DNA of 64,000 nt from Eledone cirrhosa (taxonomy: Eukaryota). Below the pieces are notes generated by a model, which was given only the letters and a program-made list of their open reading frames with translations, had not been told where the DNA came from and did not search any database. Positions 12,441 to 28,142 of this stretch are shown one piece after another. The position numbers were made by a program, and so were the translations under genes. The DNA lies in contig OZ024766.1 of assembly GCA_964016885.1 (NCBI GenBank), forward strand, positions 9,362,001-9,426,000, read 5' to 3'. Every line of letters begins with the position of its first letter. The stretch's first letter is position 1.

Positions 12441-14172
12441 TAATGATAATGAAATTATTGTGTACAGTGCTCAGGTGCACTACAACTCGTCAAAGGTGCA
12501 TGTATAGTACATAGAATAATATACAAATGTCAGGGAAGTGAATAGTGTATGAGTCATGATATGTGTGTATGTGTATGGAGGGGGAACATTAGGTGTAGTG
12601 TTGGCGAATCTCAGGAAGCATGGAGGTTTTAAAGGATGCAGTGTCTTGACAACTAACAACTGATGCAGGTAGTTTGTTCCATGGAGGTTTTAAAGGATGC
12701 AGTGTTTGACAGCTAACAACTGATGCAGGTAGTTTGTTCCATGGAGGTTTTAAAGGATGCAGTGTCTTGACAGCTAACAACTGATGCAGGTAGTTTGTTC
12801 TATGGAGGTTTTAAAGGATGCAGTGTCTCGACATCTAACAACTGATGCAAGTAGTTTGTTCCATGGAGGTTTTAAAGGATGCAGTGTCTCGACAGCTAAC
12901 AACTGATGCAGGTAGTTTGTTCCATGGAGGTTTTAAAGGATGCAGTGTCTCAACAGCTAACAACTGATGCAGGTAGTTTGTTCCATGGAGGTTTTAAAGG
13001 ATGTAGTGTCTTGACAGCTAACAACTGATGCAGGTAGTTTGTTCCATGGAGGTTTTAAAGGATGTAGTGTCTTGACAGCTAACAACTGATGCAGGTAGTT
13101 TGTTCCATGGAGGTTTTAAAGGATGCAGTGTCTTGACAGCTAACAACTGATGTAAGGAGTTTGTTCCATGGAGGTTTTAAAGGATGCAGTGTCTCGACAG
13201 CTAACAACTGATGCAGCTAGTTTGTTCCATGGAGGTTCTAAAGGATGCAGTGTCTCGACAGCTAACAACTGATGCAGGTAGTTTGTTCCATGGAGGTTTT
13301 AAAGGATGCAGTGTCTCGACAGCTAACAACTGATGCAGGTAGTTTGTTCCATGGAGGTTCTAAAGGATGCAGTGTCTCGGCAGCTAACAACTGATGCAGG
13401 TAGTTTGTTCCATGGAGGTTTTAAAGGATGCAGTGTCTCGACAGCTAACAACTGATGCAGGTAGTTTGTTGCTTGGAGGTTTTAAAGGATCCAGTGTCTC
13501 GACAGCTAACAACTGATGCAGGTAGTTTGTTCCATGGAGGTTTTAAAGGATGCAGTGTCTCGACAGCTAACAACTGATGTAAGGAGTTTGTTCCATGGAG
13601 GTTTTAAAGGATGCAGTGTCTCGACAGCTAACAACTGATGCAGGTAGTTTGTTGCTTGGAGGTTTTAAAGGATCCAGTGTCTCGACAGCTAACAACTGAT
13701 GCAGGTAGTTTGTTCCATGGAGGTTTTAAAGGATGCAGTGTCTCGACAGCTAACAACTGATGCAGGTAGTTTGTTGCTTGGAGGTTTTAAAGGATCCAGT
13801 GTCTCGACAGCTAACAACTGATGCAGGTAGTTTGTTCCATGGAGGTTTTAAAGGATGCAGTGTCTCGACAGCTAACAACTGATGCAGGTAGTTTGTTCCA
13901 TGGAGGTTTTAAAGGATCCAGTGTCTCGACAGCTAACAACTGATGCAGGTAGTTTGTTCCATGGAGGTTTTAAAGGATGCATTGTCTCGACAGCTAACAA
14001 TTGATGCAGGTAGTTTGGTCCATGCTTCAGCAACTCTGAGCGAGAAAAAATGTTTCCGAAAGTTATGGGAGCTGTGCTGTTTCCTAAATTTGTAGGCATG
14101 TCCACGTGTGTTAGATACATGGAAATCAAAAAGGTACTTAGGGTTGTTGTTGGCAAGATGGTTAATAATTTT
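12440..14172 (-). mobile_element. Second CR1/L2-like 3' fragment with the same 61-bp internal array (23 units, 12619-14020)
   Basis: Same unit and boundaries as 7643-9045; flanks are diverged copies of the same LINE. Confidence 0.85.
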
Positions 14173-14658
14173 AGTTAAAAAATTGAAGTTCTTCTATTCA
14201 CCCCATATTTTTCTCCAGAAGGAATCTATGTCTTTCTGGGATGGGGCCTCAGTGACATTTATTACTTTGCCCTTCATATCTCTATAGACTGATGTTTGGT
14301 TTCGTCTGAATCTTTTATTAATTATTTCTCTTTCATCTACCCTCTCCATGTCTCAAAGTTTCTCACTGACAACTCTCAAGTCTTGTTTGAGTGTGATCAG
14401 CTTATATTTTATGTATATAAGTATGTAGGAGGGTGTATATATTTATAGTAGTATCTTCCAGGTAAAAACTTTAAATTCAATATAAAATTTTAATAATTAT
14501 ATTTTTAATTAGGACAAATTAATTGTTTTGTAAGTTATTTCAATGATTAAAAAATGCAGTTTATCAACACGTTGAAAGTGCTAGATTATCTCCCTTTGAC
14601 TGTAAATTTTCTTTAGATCTCTGGAACATATACACACATATATGTATTTATATATATA

Positions 14659-14702
<44 letters not shown>

Positions 14703-14707
14703 AATAG

Positions 14708-14783
<76 letters not shown>

Positions 14784-14821
14784 TGCAAACTCGTGTTCGA
14801 GCATCGCCTGATAAAATGCTA

Positions 14822-15140
14822 AATAATTGTTTCTATTTTAGGCACAAGGCCAGCAAATACCCAGTACATTACTGGTACTTTATTTTATCGACCCCGTATG
14901 GATGAAAGGCAAAGTTAACCTCAGCGGGATTTGAACTCAGATCATCTAAATAATTGTTTCTACGTTTGGCACAAGGCCAGCAATTACCCAGTACATTACT
15001 GGTACTTTATTTTATCGACCCCGTAAGGATGAAAGGCAAAGTTAACCTCGGCGGAATTTGAACTCAGAATGGCAAGGGTCGTAACTCTATACGTCAAATA
15101 TGGCGTCCGACCCTCTACCAATACTGCCAATCCACCGCCC
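14822..15140 (-). mobile_element. Two adjacent Nin-domain tRNA SINE copies (partial tandem duplication)
   Basis: actggtactttattttatcgaccccg...gatgaaaggcaaagttaacctc occurs twice; tRNA-like head at ~15060-15140. Confidence 0.75.
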
Positions 15141-15475
15141 TCAGAAATAATGAGGTACGAATGTGGCTCTTTAAACCAGCCATAGACTTGCACCCTCTGG
15201 CACATAGATGGCAACTGTAGCTCCCCCGGGACTTTCCATTGCTTTGTTCAGGCTGTGTGTTCTCATGTGTCTTTTAAGCCCTCCCATGCTAGCACATTGC
15301 TTACACCTTTTCAGATTATAATCTATGATACATAAGGTCTACTGATATCCACGTTGCTCCAGTTTACTCAGCTGTAGAAATGAGTTGCGATGTCACTGGA
15401 GCCAAGTTGTATCATTGGACATAATAAAGAGTGTGTATAGCTGTATCAGCTATTGCCTTTCCCTTGGACAACATC

Positions 15476-18068
15476 ATATATAGTGTATATATACTGTACA
15501 TAGTGTGTATCTAATGTATATATAATGTATATATACTGTACATATTATAATGTATTTATGATGTATATTTACTGTACATAGTGTATATAATGTATATATA
15601 TTGTATATATACAGTACATATTACCTGTATAATGTATTTATGATGTATATATACTGTGTCTAATGTATATATATTGTATATATACTGTACATATTATCTG
15701 TATAATGTATTTATGATGTATATATACTGTACATAGTGTGTATCTAATGTATATTGTATATATACTGTACATATTACCTGTATAATGTATTTATGATGTA
15801 TATATACTGTATATAGTGTGTCTAATGTATATATATTGTATATATACTGTACATATTACCTGTATAATGTATTTATGATGTATATATACTGTACATAGTG
15901 TCTAATGTATATATATTGTATATATACTGTACATATTATCTGTATAATGTATTTATAATGTATATATACTGTACATAGTGTGTATAATGTATATATATTG
16001 TATATATACTCTACATATTATCTGTATAATGTATTTATGATGTATATATACTGTACTTAGTGTGTATAATGTATATATATTGTATATATACTGTACATAT
16101 TATCTCTATAATGTATTTATGATGTATATATACTGTACATAGTGTGTATATAATTATAAATATTGTATATATACTCTACATATTATCTAATGTATATATA
16201 CTGTACATAGTGTGTATATAATGTATATATATTGTATATATACTGTACATATCTGTATAATGTATATATACTGTACATAGTGTGTCTAATGTATATATAT
16301 TGTATATATACTGTACATATTATCTGTATAATGTATTTATGATGTATATATACTGTACATAGTGTGTCTAATGTATATATATTGTATATATACTGTACAT
16401 ATTATCTGTATAATGTATTTATGATGTATATATACTGTATATAGAGTATATAATGTATATATATTGTATATATACTGTACATATTATCTGTATAATGTAT
16501 TTATGATGTATATATACTGTACATAGTGTATATAATGTATATATACTGTACATATTATCTGTATAATGTATTTATGATGTATATATACTGTACATCGTGT
16601 GTATATAATCTATATATATTGTATATATACTGTACATATCTGTATAATGTATTTATGGTGTATATATACTGTACATAGTGTGTATATAATGTATATATAT
16701 TGTATATATACTGTACATATTATCTGTATAATGTATTTATGATGTATATATACTGTACATAGTGTGTCTAATGTATATATATTGTATATATACTCTACAT
16801 ATTATCTGTATAATGTATTTATGATGTATATATACTGTACTTAGTGTGTATAATGTATATATATTGTATATATACTGTACATATTATCTCTATAATGTAT
16901 TTATGATGTATATATACTGTACATAGTGTGTATATAATTATAAATATTGTATATATACTGTACATATTATCTAATGTATATATACTGTACATAGTGTGTA
17001 TATAATGTATATATATTGTATATATACTGTACATATTATCTGTATAATGTATTTATGATGTATATATACTGTACATAGTGTGTATATAATTATAAATATT
17101 GTATATATACTGTACATATTATCTAATGTATATATACTGTACATAGTGTGTATATAATGTATATATATTGTATATATACTCTACATATTATCTGTATAAT
17201 GTATTTATGATGTATATATACTGTACTTAGTGTGTATAATGTATATATATTGTATATATACTGTACATATTATCTCTATAATGTATTTATGATGTATATA
17301 TACTGTACATAGTGTGTATATAATTATAAATATTGTATATATACTGTACATATTATCTAATGTATATATACTGTACATAGTGTGTATATAATGTATATAT
17401 ATTGTATATATACTGTACATATTATCTGTATAATGTATATATACTGTACAGTGTGTCTAATGTATATATATTGTATATATACTGTACATATTATCTGTAT
17501 AATGTATTTATGATGTATATATACTGTACATAGTGTGTATATAATGTATATATACTGTACATATTATCTGTATAATGTATTTATGATGTATATATACTGT
17601 ACATATTATCTAATGTATATATACTGTACATAGTGTGTATATAATGTATATATATTGTATATATACTCTACATATTATCTGTATAATGTATTTATGATGT
17701 ATATATACTGTACATAGTGTGTATATAATGTATATATATTGTATATATACTCTACATATTATCTGTATAATGTATTTATGATGTATATATACTGTACATA
17801 GTGTGTATATAATGTATATATACTGTACATATTATCTGTATAATGTATTTATGATGTATATATACTGTACATAGTGTGTATATAATGTATATATATTGTA
17901 TATATACTGTACATATCTGTATGTATTTATGATGTATATATACTGTACATAGTGTGTATATAATGTATATATATTGTATATATACTGTACATATCTGTAT
18001 AATGTATTTATGATGTATATATACTGTACATAGTGTATATAATGTATATATATTGTATATATTACCTG
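15476..18068. repeat. AT-rich complex satellite built from tatatactgtacata / tctgtataatgtatttatgatg subunits
   Basis: Direct inspection; contains an exact ~386-bp higher-order duplication (identical ORFs 16819-17034 and 17205-17420). Confidence 0.9.
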
Positions 18069-18069
18069 T

Positions 18070-18625
18070 AGGTATACTCAGCCACAGTGCTGGCAAACCA
18101 GATGATTTTCAACAGCAGGCAGTTCAGAACAGTCTGTTTTCCTTACCTTCCTTTTCAGTGCTAGGGGTGTTCTCTCTGATGAGTTTCAAAGTGTTCTCTT
18201 CCTGACTTGATCAAACGTCCCCACTTCACTCGCTCCTCAGCCATTTTCTCCCATTCGTCAGATGAAATTGCAGCACAAGCCAAGGTGCCCCTGACACAGT
18301 CCCGGTACCATATTTTTGGTTTGTGTGGTGGTCGCCTTCCTTCACACAGTTCTACATAGAGAAGCTGCTTTGGAATACGACCATCAGACATCTGGACCAC
18401 GTCTGCACCACCTCAACCAATGCCCAAAGACCACAGGTCTGCACCACCTCAACCAATGCCCAAAGACCACAGGTCTGCACCACCTCAACCAATGCTCAAA
18501 AATCATGCTCTCTATAGACACACACCTGCTCCCTTCGAGAACTTCCAAATCACTGACTAACATTTTCCATCACACCCCAAGTAACTTACAAAGAGATTGT
18601 TGGTGAAACCTCTCCAGTCCCTTGA
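18070..18625 (-). mobile_element. RTE-clade LINE ORF2 3' fragment with a 36-bp internal triplication (~18395-18497)
   Basis: MSDGRIPKQLLYVELCEGRRPPHKPKIWYRDCV matches the RTE C-terminal motif (R.PK.LLY.EL..G.R..G.P). Confidence 0.8.
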
Positions 18626-18721
18626 GGGGCTTTCTGTATGTGACCCACGTTTCACATGCATAAAGCATAAGTATAAAAATATATGAAAAACACAAACAAA
18701 TTTAAAATATTTCACATTTTG

Positions 18722-18758
<37 letters not shown>

Positions 18759-18947
18759 TGGTAAAAATAAAATAAAATAAAAAATAGTTTTTCCTTATCT
18801 CCACAGGTATGCAATATCACCTGTTTCCCAGATAAAACACACTAAACCCAAGTTGTGCCATGGTCTAGGCCCCCAAAAAGCCCCTGTGGGGTTGTTTGAG
18901 GCACAGTTGTGAGATACAGCATGTCTTGGGTATTTTAGCTCTCAAAA

Positions 18948-20530
18948 CAGTATTACAGTAAAGACTTTAATATTTAATGTGACGTAGTCATAGTGTTGTT
19001 TTGTACTAAATGTTTATAGTATCTTTACTGGTAGACAGATTGTTGTGACAATTTACAGTATTACAGTAAAGACTTTAATATTTAATGTGATGTAGTCATA
19101 GTGTTGTTTTGTACTAAATGTTTATAGTATCTTTACTGGTGGACAGATTGTTGTGAGAATTTACAGTATTACTGTAAAGACTTTAATATATAATGTGATG
19201 TAGTCATAGTGTTGTTTTGTACTAAATGTTTATAGTATTTTTACTGGTAGACAGATTGTTGTGAATATTTACAGTATTACAGTAAAGACTTTAATATTTA
19301 ATGTGATGTAGTCATAGTGTTGTGTTGTACTAAATGTTTATAGTATCTTTACTGGTGGACAGATTGTTGTGAATATTTACAGTATTACAGTAAAGACTTT
19401 AATATTTAATGTGATGTAGTCATAGTGTTGTTTTGTACTAAATGTTTATAGTATCTTTACTGGTGGACAGATTGTTGTGACAATTTACAGTATTACAGTA
19501 AAGACTTTAATATTTAATGTGATGTAGTCATAGTGTTGTTTTGTACTAAATGTTTATAGTATCTTTACTGGTGGACAGATTGTTGTGAGAATTTACAGTA
19601 TTACAGTAAAGACTTTAATATATAATGTGATGTAGTCATAGTGTTGTTTTGTACTAAATGTTTATAGTATTTTTACTGGTAGACAGATTGTTGTGAATAT
19701 TTACAGTATTACAGTAAAGACTTTAATATTTAATGTGATGTAGTCATAGTGTTGTGTTGTACTAAATGTTTATAGTATCTTTACTGGTGGACAGATTGTT
19801 GTGAGAATTTACAGTATTACAGTAAAGACTTTAATATCTAATGTGATGTAGTCATAGTGTTGTTTTGTACTAAATGTTTATAGTATCTTTACTGGTGGAC
19901 AGATTGTTGTGACAATTTACAGTATTACAGTAAAGCCTTTAATATTTAATGTGATGTAGTCATAGTGTTGTTTTGTACTAAATGTTTATAGTATCTTTAC
20001 TGGGGGATAGATTGTTGTGAGAATTTGTAGTATTACAGTAAAGACTTTAATATTTAATGTGATGTAGTCATAGTGTTTTGTACTAAATGTTTATAGTATC
20101 TTTACTTGTGGACAGATCGTTGTGAATATTTACAGTACTACAGTAAAGACTTTAATATTTAATGTGATGTAGTCACAGTGTTGTTTTGTACTAAATGTTT
20201 ATAGTATCTTTACTGGGGGATAGATTGTTGTGAAAATTTACAGTATTACAGTAAAGACTTTAATATCTAATGTGATGTAGTCATAGTGTTGTTTTGTACT
20301 AAATGTTTATAGTATCTTTACTGGTGGACAGATTGTTGTGAGAATTTACAGTATTACAGTAAAGACTTTAATATTTAATGTGATGTAGTCATAGTGTTGT
20401 TTTGTACTAAATGTTTATAGTATCTTTACTGGTGGACAGATTGTTGTGAAAATTTACAGTATTACAGTAAAGACTTTAATATATAATGTGATGTAGTCAT
20501 AGTGTTGTTTTGTACTAAATGTTTATAGTA
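18948..20530. repeat. 108-bp satellite (~14.5 units)
   Basis: cagtattacagtaaagactttaata... period 108; same family at 33568-34250. Confidence 0.95.
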
Positions 20531-20914
20531 CAATCTTTAACAGTGGGAAGGCAGTGAGACCATTGGTCCTGAAATTCTTAAAACAGAGACAGATAAATGT
20601 GAAAGAGATATAGAAGAAAAATTGACCCCAGTACAAGACTGGTACTTTTTACATCAACCTCAAAAGGAAGAAAGGCAAAGTTGAGCTTGGCAGGATTTGA
20701 ACTTCAGAGTGTGTCAGAGAGCCCAGAATGAATATCTCACGCTCGTACGATTCCATAAGGTACTTGGACCTGAAGAAACCCTGTACACTCGGCTGGCAGT
20801 CCAGCTTTGTCACACAGTGTCATGCTGAATCTCCCTGAGAACTATTAATGTACTGAGTGGCTTTTCTTAACTGTGCGTCTCTTTCTATGCATCTTTGGAA
20901 AACCAATCTTTGCA

Positions 20915-22435
<1,521 letters not shown>

Positions 22436-22722
22436 AAAATAGGGGGTGCACACAGGACAAAGAGAATGGAAAAAAAATAAGGGAAAGTCAGATAGTCCCA
22501 TCTCCTCAGTCAACCTCTAGAAATCACAACAGTTTCAGCTCATCAAGGCTGGTACCCTTCATTCCATATATATATCTATATCTATATATATATATATATA
22601 TATATGTGTTCAACAATGAAACAAAAGGCAAAAAACACTACTCAACTCCTAAAATTTGCTTTTTCCGTTTTGTTTTGTTAGATAAATATAAACATTTTAA
22701 CTCTTTTTGTTTCCATGTTTTG

Positions 22723-23125
22723 AATGAAAGACACTGTCTATGATTCTTAAGTCCCATATTTCTTGGTGTCGAAGATGCTTTCTTCCTAAAATAAGTCTAA
22801 AAAATCTACCATGCGTCCTTGGGGCCAATGAAAGACAGTCTATGATTCTTAAGTCCCATATTTCTTGGTGTCAAAGACACTTTCTTCCTAAAATAAGTCT
22901 AAAAAATCTACCATGCGTCCTTGGGACCAATGAAAGACACTGTCTATGATTCTTAAGTCCCATATTTCTTGGTGTCGAAGACACTTTCTTCCTAAAATAA
23001 GCCTAAAAAATCTACCATGCGTCCTTGAGGCCAAAGGTTGTTTATTATTTTTTTTCAAATTTTTGGTCGTCAAATTAGGGTCCGTCCTTGAAGACGAAGC
23101 ATCTTCAGCGCTGGGAAATACGGTA
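22723..23125. mobile_element. Probable pogo/Tigger-like DNA transposon end with a ~103-bp internal triplication (22723-23032)
   Basis: Ends ...gggaaatacggta, resembling TACCGTATTT-type TIRs; a related left-end motif tactgtatttgctggcctataagacg occurs at ~24056. Confidence 0.45.
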
Positions 23126-23541
23126 ATTTTGAAAATATTCTAGTTAGATAAACAGATAGATAGATAGATAGATGAGTAGATGAAACAGACTGATATATAT
23201 ATATATATACTTTTTTTTGATGAGTTGTGGTGCACCTGGGCACTGTACACAATATTTCATTATTGTTATTATTATTATATCATGACTCGTACACTGTTCA
23301 TTTTCCTGACATTTGTACATTATTCTATGTACTATACATGCACCTTTGATGAGTTGTAGTGCACCTGAGCACTGTACACAATAATTTCATTATTATTATT
23401 ATATATATAATGTAGAAGGTGAGTAATATTGTAGAACAATAAAACTTTGCATATATCAGATAAGTAGCACTCAACAGTTGGTAGAACTGGAGTATATATA
23501 ATAAAGAAGAAATTAAAAGATGATTAAAAGGGTTCCATATA

Positions 23542-23607
23542 TTTTATTATGCGCATTTCGAATACAAAATCATCCTGGAACAAAAATTGTGTTCTCATCA
23601 GATAAAA
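23542..23607 (-). ncRNA. Minimal type-I hammerhead ribozyme motif (intact core)
   Basis: TTTTAT-CTGATGA-GAACACAA...TTGTATTC-GAAA-TGCGCA-TA-ATAAAA: 6-bp stem I, palindromic stem III. Confidence 0.8.
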
Positions 23608-23683
23608 TAAGGTAACATGATATGAGGCATAATAGCACTTGTTTACAGGAAAGTGCTATTATGCCTCATATCATGTTACCTTA

Positions 23684-23750
23684 TTTTATCTGATGAGAAC
23701 ACATATTTTTGTCCCAGGATGATTTTGTATTCGAAATACGCATAATAAAA
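23684..23750 (+). ncRNA. Minimal type-I hammerhead ribozyme motif (intact core)
   Basis: TTTTAT-CTGATGA-GAACACA...TGTATTC-GAAA-TACGCA-TA-ATAAAA. Confidence 0.75.
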
Positions 23751-24243
23751 TATATGGAACCCTTTTAATCATCTTTTAATTTCTTCTTTATTATATATAT
23801 ATATATACAAAGGGAAGTTGAGTAAAATCGAAGTTTTGGCTGTAGCCAAGCTAACAATATAAAGTCCAGATTGTGTGGCAAAGCACTTGATACGGTTGTG
23901 TCACCTTAGAGTAATAACATACATTAGAAAGCTTGACAAATTGAACCTGCGCCAGGTGAACTCAACCACATGAACCAAAGCAACGAGAAAACCAACTCAG
24001 GATTTTTTTTTCGTGGCAATATATATATATTTTTAACACTAAATTATTAACAATATACTGTATTTGCTGGCCTATAAGACGCCCCTTTACATAAGACGGT
24101 CCCTCTTTTTTTTTTTTTATTATATTTTACGTCATATTTTGACGTTTATAGGCTTTTTTATGGACCACGTCCAATATTCGGGGTTTTTCAATCTTTGTGG
24201 GTCCTCTAGGAACATAAGTCCCACAAATACCGGGGGACAACTG

Positions 24244-24312
<69 letters not shown>

Positions 24313-24321
<9 letters not shown>

Positions 24322-24434
24322 CTGACAAACGATTTCAGACGGCTGTGTCAAGCTCGCCTGTCTTTGTGAAACCTTTGGTAAATGGATTAATTGTCTTATG
24401 TTGTTTATTACATAACTATATATAACTATATATA

Positions 24435-24510
<76 letters not shown>

Positions 24511-24623
24511 CTGACAAACGATTTCAGACATCTGTGTTAAGCTCGCCTGTCTTTGTGAAACCTTTGGTAAATGGATTAATTGTCTTATGTTGTTTATTAC
24601 ATAACTATATATAACTATATATA

Positions 24624-24701
<78 letters not shown>

Positions 24702-24822
24702 CTGACAAACGATTTCAGACATCTGTGTTAAGCTCGCCTGTCTTTGTGAAACCTTTGGTAAATGGATTAATTGTCCTATGTTGTTTATTACATAACTATA
24801 TATAACTATATATATATATATA
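24313..24822 (+). repeat. Three tandem ~190-bp units separated by (TA)n, each with a degenerate hammerhead-like motif
   Basis: CTGACAA-AC...GT-GAAA-CCtttGG-TA-AAT in each copy (G8 replaced by A). Confidence 0.6.
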
Positions 24823-24907
24823 TACAGAGAATTAGTATATCTACCAACATATGCGTACAGATGTACACTAATGCTAGCAAATACATGCACTATATATATA
24901 TATATGA

Positions 24908-25030
24908 AGGCGCGTGGCTGAGTGGTTAGAGAATTAGATTCGCAATCATGAGGTTGTGAGTTCGGTTCCCGGACCGGGAAATGCGTTATGTCCTTGGGCA
25001 AGACACTTTATTTCACATTGCTCCTTCTAC
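24908..25030 (+). mobile_element. tRNA-derived CORE-type SINE 5' part
   Basis: A-box tggctgagtgg, B-box gagttcggttc, then gtccttgggcaagacactttatttcacattg. Confidence 0.75.
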
Positions 25031-25243
25031 CTGGAGTTGCGACCGATAGAGAGTATTAGCAATTAGAAAGACCAATGGAAACATTGTTTCCTCGGTCCGA
25101 TTTGACGAAAGTCGATCGACTGTCTATATATATATATATATAGTGCAGAAATCGTTGCACACAGATCGGTGAAACTGCAGTCAGGACTTTGAAGAAAAAA
25201 TAGGTATATTTTTGTCTATTATTTCCTCATATTTTGTAATTCG

Positions 25244-26003
<760 letters not shown>

Positions 26004-26112
26004 TGGAGAGGGAGAAAGAGAGAGAGAGAGACAGGTAGATAGATAGGGCAAGCAATCGGACAGTGAGGCAGAATGAACTTGGAAGGGGGTGGGTAGTTGA
26101 AGGAGAGGCAAT

Positions 26113-26639
26113 TCAAGGAATTCTGGGCTCGGGTGTTGAATAGAGACTTCCCGTGGCACTGCTGAGCGTTGGGGTGGAGCTACCATCCCCTGGGTTACCA
26201 CTTCTAGCCCGGTTGTCCTGGCTACTGCCACTACTCGTATTATTGCTAATACTACTACTACTACTACTAATACTACTACTACTATTATTACCACCGCTCC
26301 TGCCACTACTACTACTACCACTACTACTACTGTTGATGCTTCTACAGCTACCACCACTGAAACTACTACTACTACCTCCACCCCCACCGCCGCCGCCGCC
26401 GCCAACACTGCTACTACTACCACCGCTGCTGCTGCTACTGCTGCTGCTGCTGCTGCTGCTGATGTTGATCTCTAGGTCATGTGACATGAGCAGGCTGGAC
26501 AGCTGACCGGCAGATTTGTCCACGGAGTCTGTACACATCAACAGCCTCTCCCTGAGACGGGAGTTGGTGACGTCGTAGGCTGCGTCCTTCATCGTTTTAC
26601 ACATCTGGATACACGAGGACACGATACTCAGGCACGCAC
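26113..26639 (-). CDS. TLNRD1: Talin rod domain-containing protein 1 (MESDC1), last coding exon
   Basis: Acceptor ctattttgcag at 26640; phase-1 join gives ...TAILG|[14 protein letters not shown], matching the TLNRD1 C-terminal helices; Ser/Gly-rich tail; TGA at 26113-26115. Confidence 0.88.
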
Positions 26640-26790
26640 CTGCAAAATAGAAAACGTGTTTCTTATACATTTTGAAACAAAAAAAACAAACAAACAAAAC
26701 CAAACAATGTCGTCTCTGATCGAGACGAAGCAAGAGTGTCTTTGAATACATATAAAACTGAGTAAACTCATCGCTAGAACAGCCAGTGTA

Positions 26791-27790
26791 TCATCATCAT
26801 CATCATCATCATTTTACGTCCGCTTTTCCCTGCTTGCAAGGGTGGGACGGGTCTTATTCAGCACAGCATCTCTCCACTCGTCACGGTCCCTCGTCATCTC
26901 CACCGTGAGCTTCAATGATCTGAGGTCTGTTCTCACCACCTCCGCCCATCTTTTTCGTGGTCTACCTCTACCACGTCTTCCTTCAACTGGCATTTCCTGG
27001 CACTTCTTCACCCATCGGTCATCCTCCATGCGCATCACATGTCCATACCACCTCAGTCTCCTCTCCCGTACACTACATTCTATCCCTCTCAGACACAGTT
27101 TCTCTCTCAACACATCACATGTCCATACCACCTCAGTCTCCTCTCCCGTACACTACATTCTATCCCTCTCAGACACAGTTTCTCTCTCAACACATCACAT
27201 GTCCATACCACCTCAGTCTCCTCTCCCGTACACTACATTCTATCCCTCTCAGACACAGTTTCTCTCTCAACACATCACATGTCCATACCACCTCAGTCTC
27301 CTCTCCCGTACACTACATTCTATCCCTCTCAGACACAGTTTCTCTCTCAACACATCACATGTCCATACCACCTCAGTCTCCTCTCCCGTACACTACATTC
27401 TATCCCTCTCAGACACAGTTTCTCTCTCAACTCATCACATGTCCATACCACCTCAGTCTCCTCTCCCGTACACTACATTCTATCCCTCTCAGACACAGTT
27501 TCTCTCTCAACACATCACATGTCCATATCACCTCAGTCTCCTCTCCCGTACACTACATTCTATCCCTCTCAGACACAGTTTCTCTCTCAACACATTTATG
27601 CTGGGTCGTTCACGCACATTTACACTGCACATCCAACAGAGCATGCTTGCCTCATTTCTCTCCAGCCGTCGCATATCTTCTGCGGTAGCTGCCCATGTCT
27701 CACTACCATGCAGCATCGCTCTCCTCACACAGGCATCATACAACCGGCCTTTCGTACGCAGGGAGAAACCCTTCTTCGTCAACAGAGGAT
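26791..27790 (-). mobile_element. RTE LINE 3' end with (GAT)n tail and a 7-unit 80-bp internal array (~27036-27595)
   Basis: LYDACVRRAMLHGSETWA...RERRLRWYGHVMRMEDDRWVKK...GRRGRGRPRKRWAEVV are classic RTE ORF2 motifs. Confidence 0.9.
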
Positions 27791-27855
27791 ATATATATAT
27801 ATATATATATATATAGTGTATATATATATATAGTGTATATATATATATAGTGTAT

Positions 27856-28142
27856 ATCATCATCATCATCATTCGTCGACTACTGTCGAGATGATGGATC
27901 TCACCCTCATGCCCCAGAATCCACCGTCCCCCATCGCTGCCCCCAGGTCCAGTCTACTGATTCCCGTATCCCTAGAGATAACGTCAGGGAATGACAGCTT
28001 CCTACTCCTAGTCAGGCTGGAGTCAGGGTTCCAGAGCAAGAGAGCGGATATGATTTCATTGCTGGCACGGTGACAGTGGCCAGCAAATTGAGCTCTCCGG
28101 GATTTTAGAAGGGCAGAGGCTCGAGGGAGTTTGCCATAGATT
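27856..28142 (-). mobile_element. RTE-type LINE 3' end with (GAT)n tail
   Basis: RRAQFAGHCHRASNEIISALLLWNP motif. Confidence 0.75.

Larger units (their letters stand above)
23405..23800. mobile_element. Penelope-like terminal repeat fragment with ~147-bp inverted arms (23494-23640 / 23651-23797), flanked by (TA)n
   Basis: Arms are near-perfect reverse complements around a 10-nt spacer; each arm holds a hammerhead motif. Confidence 0.75.
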
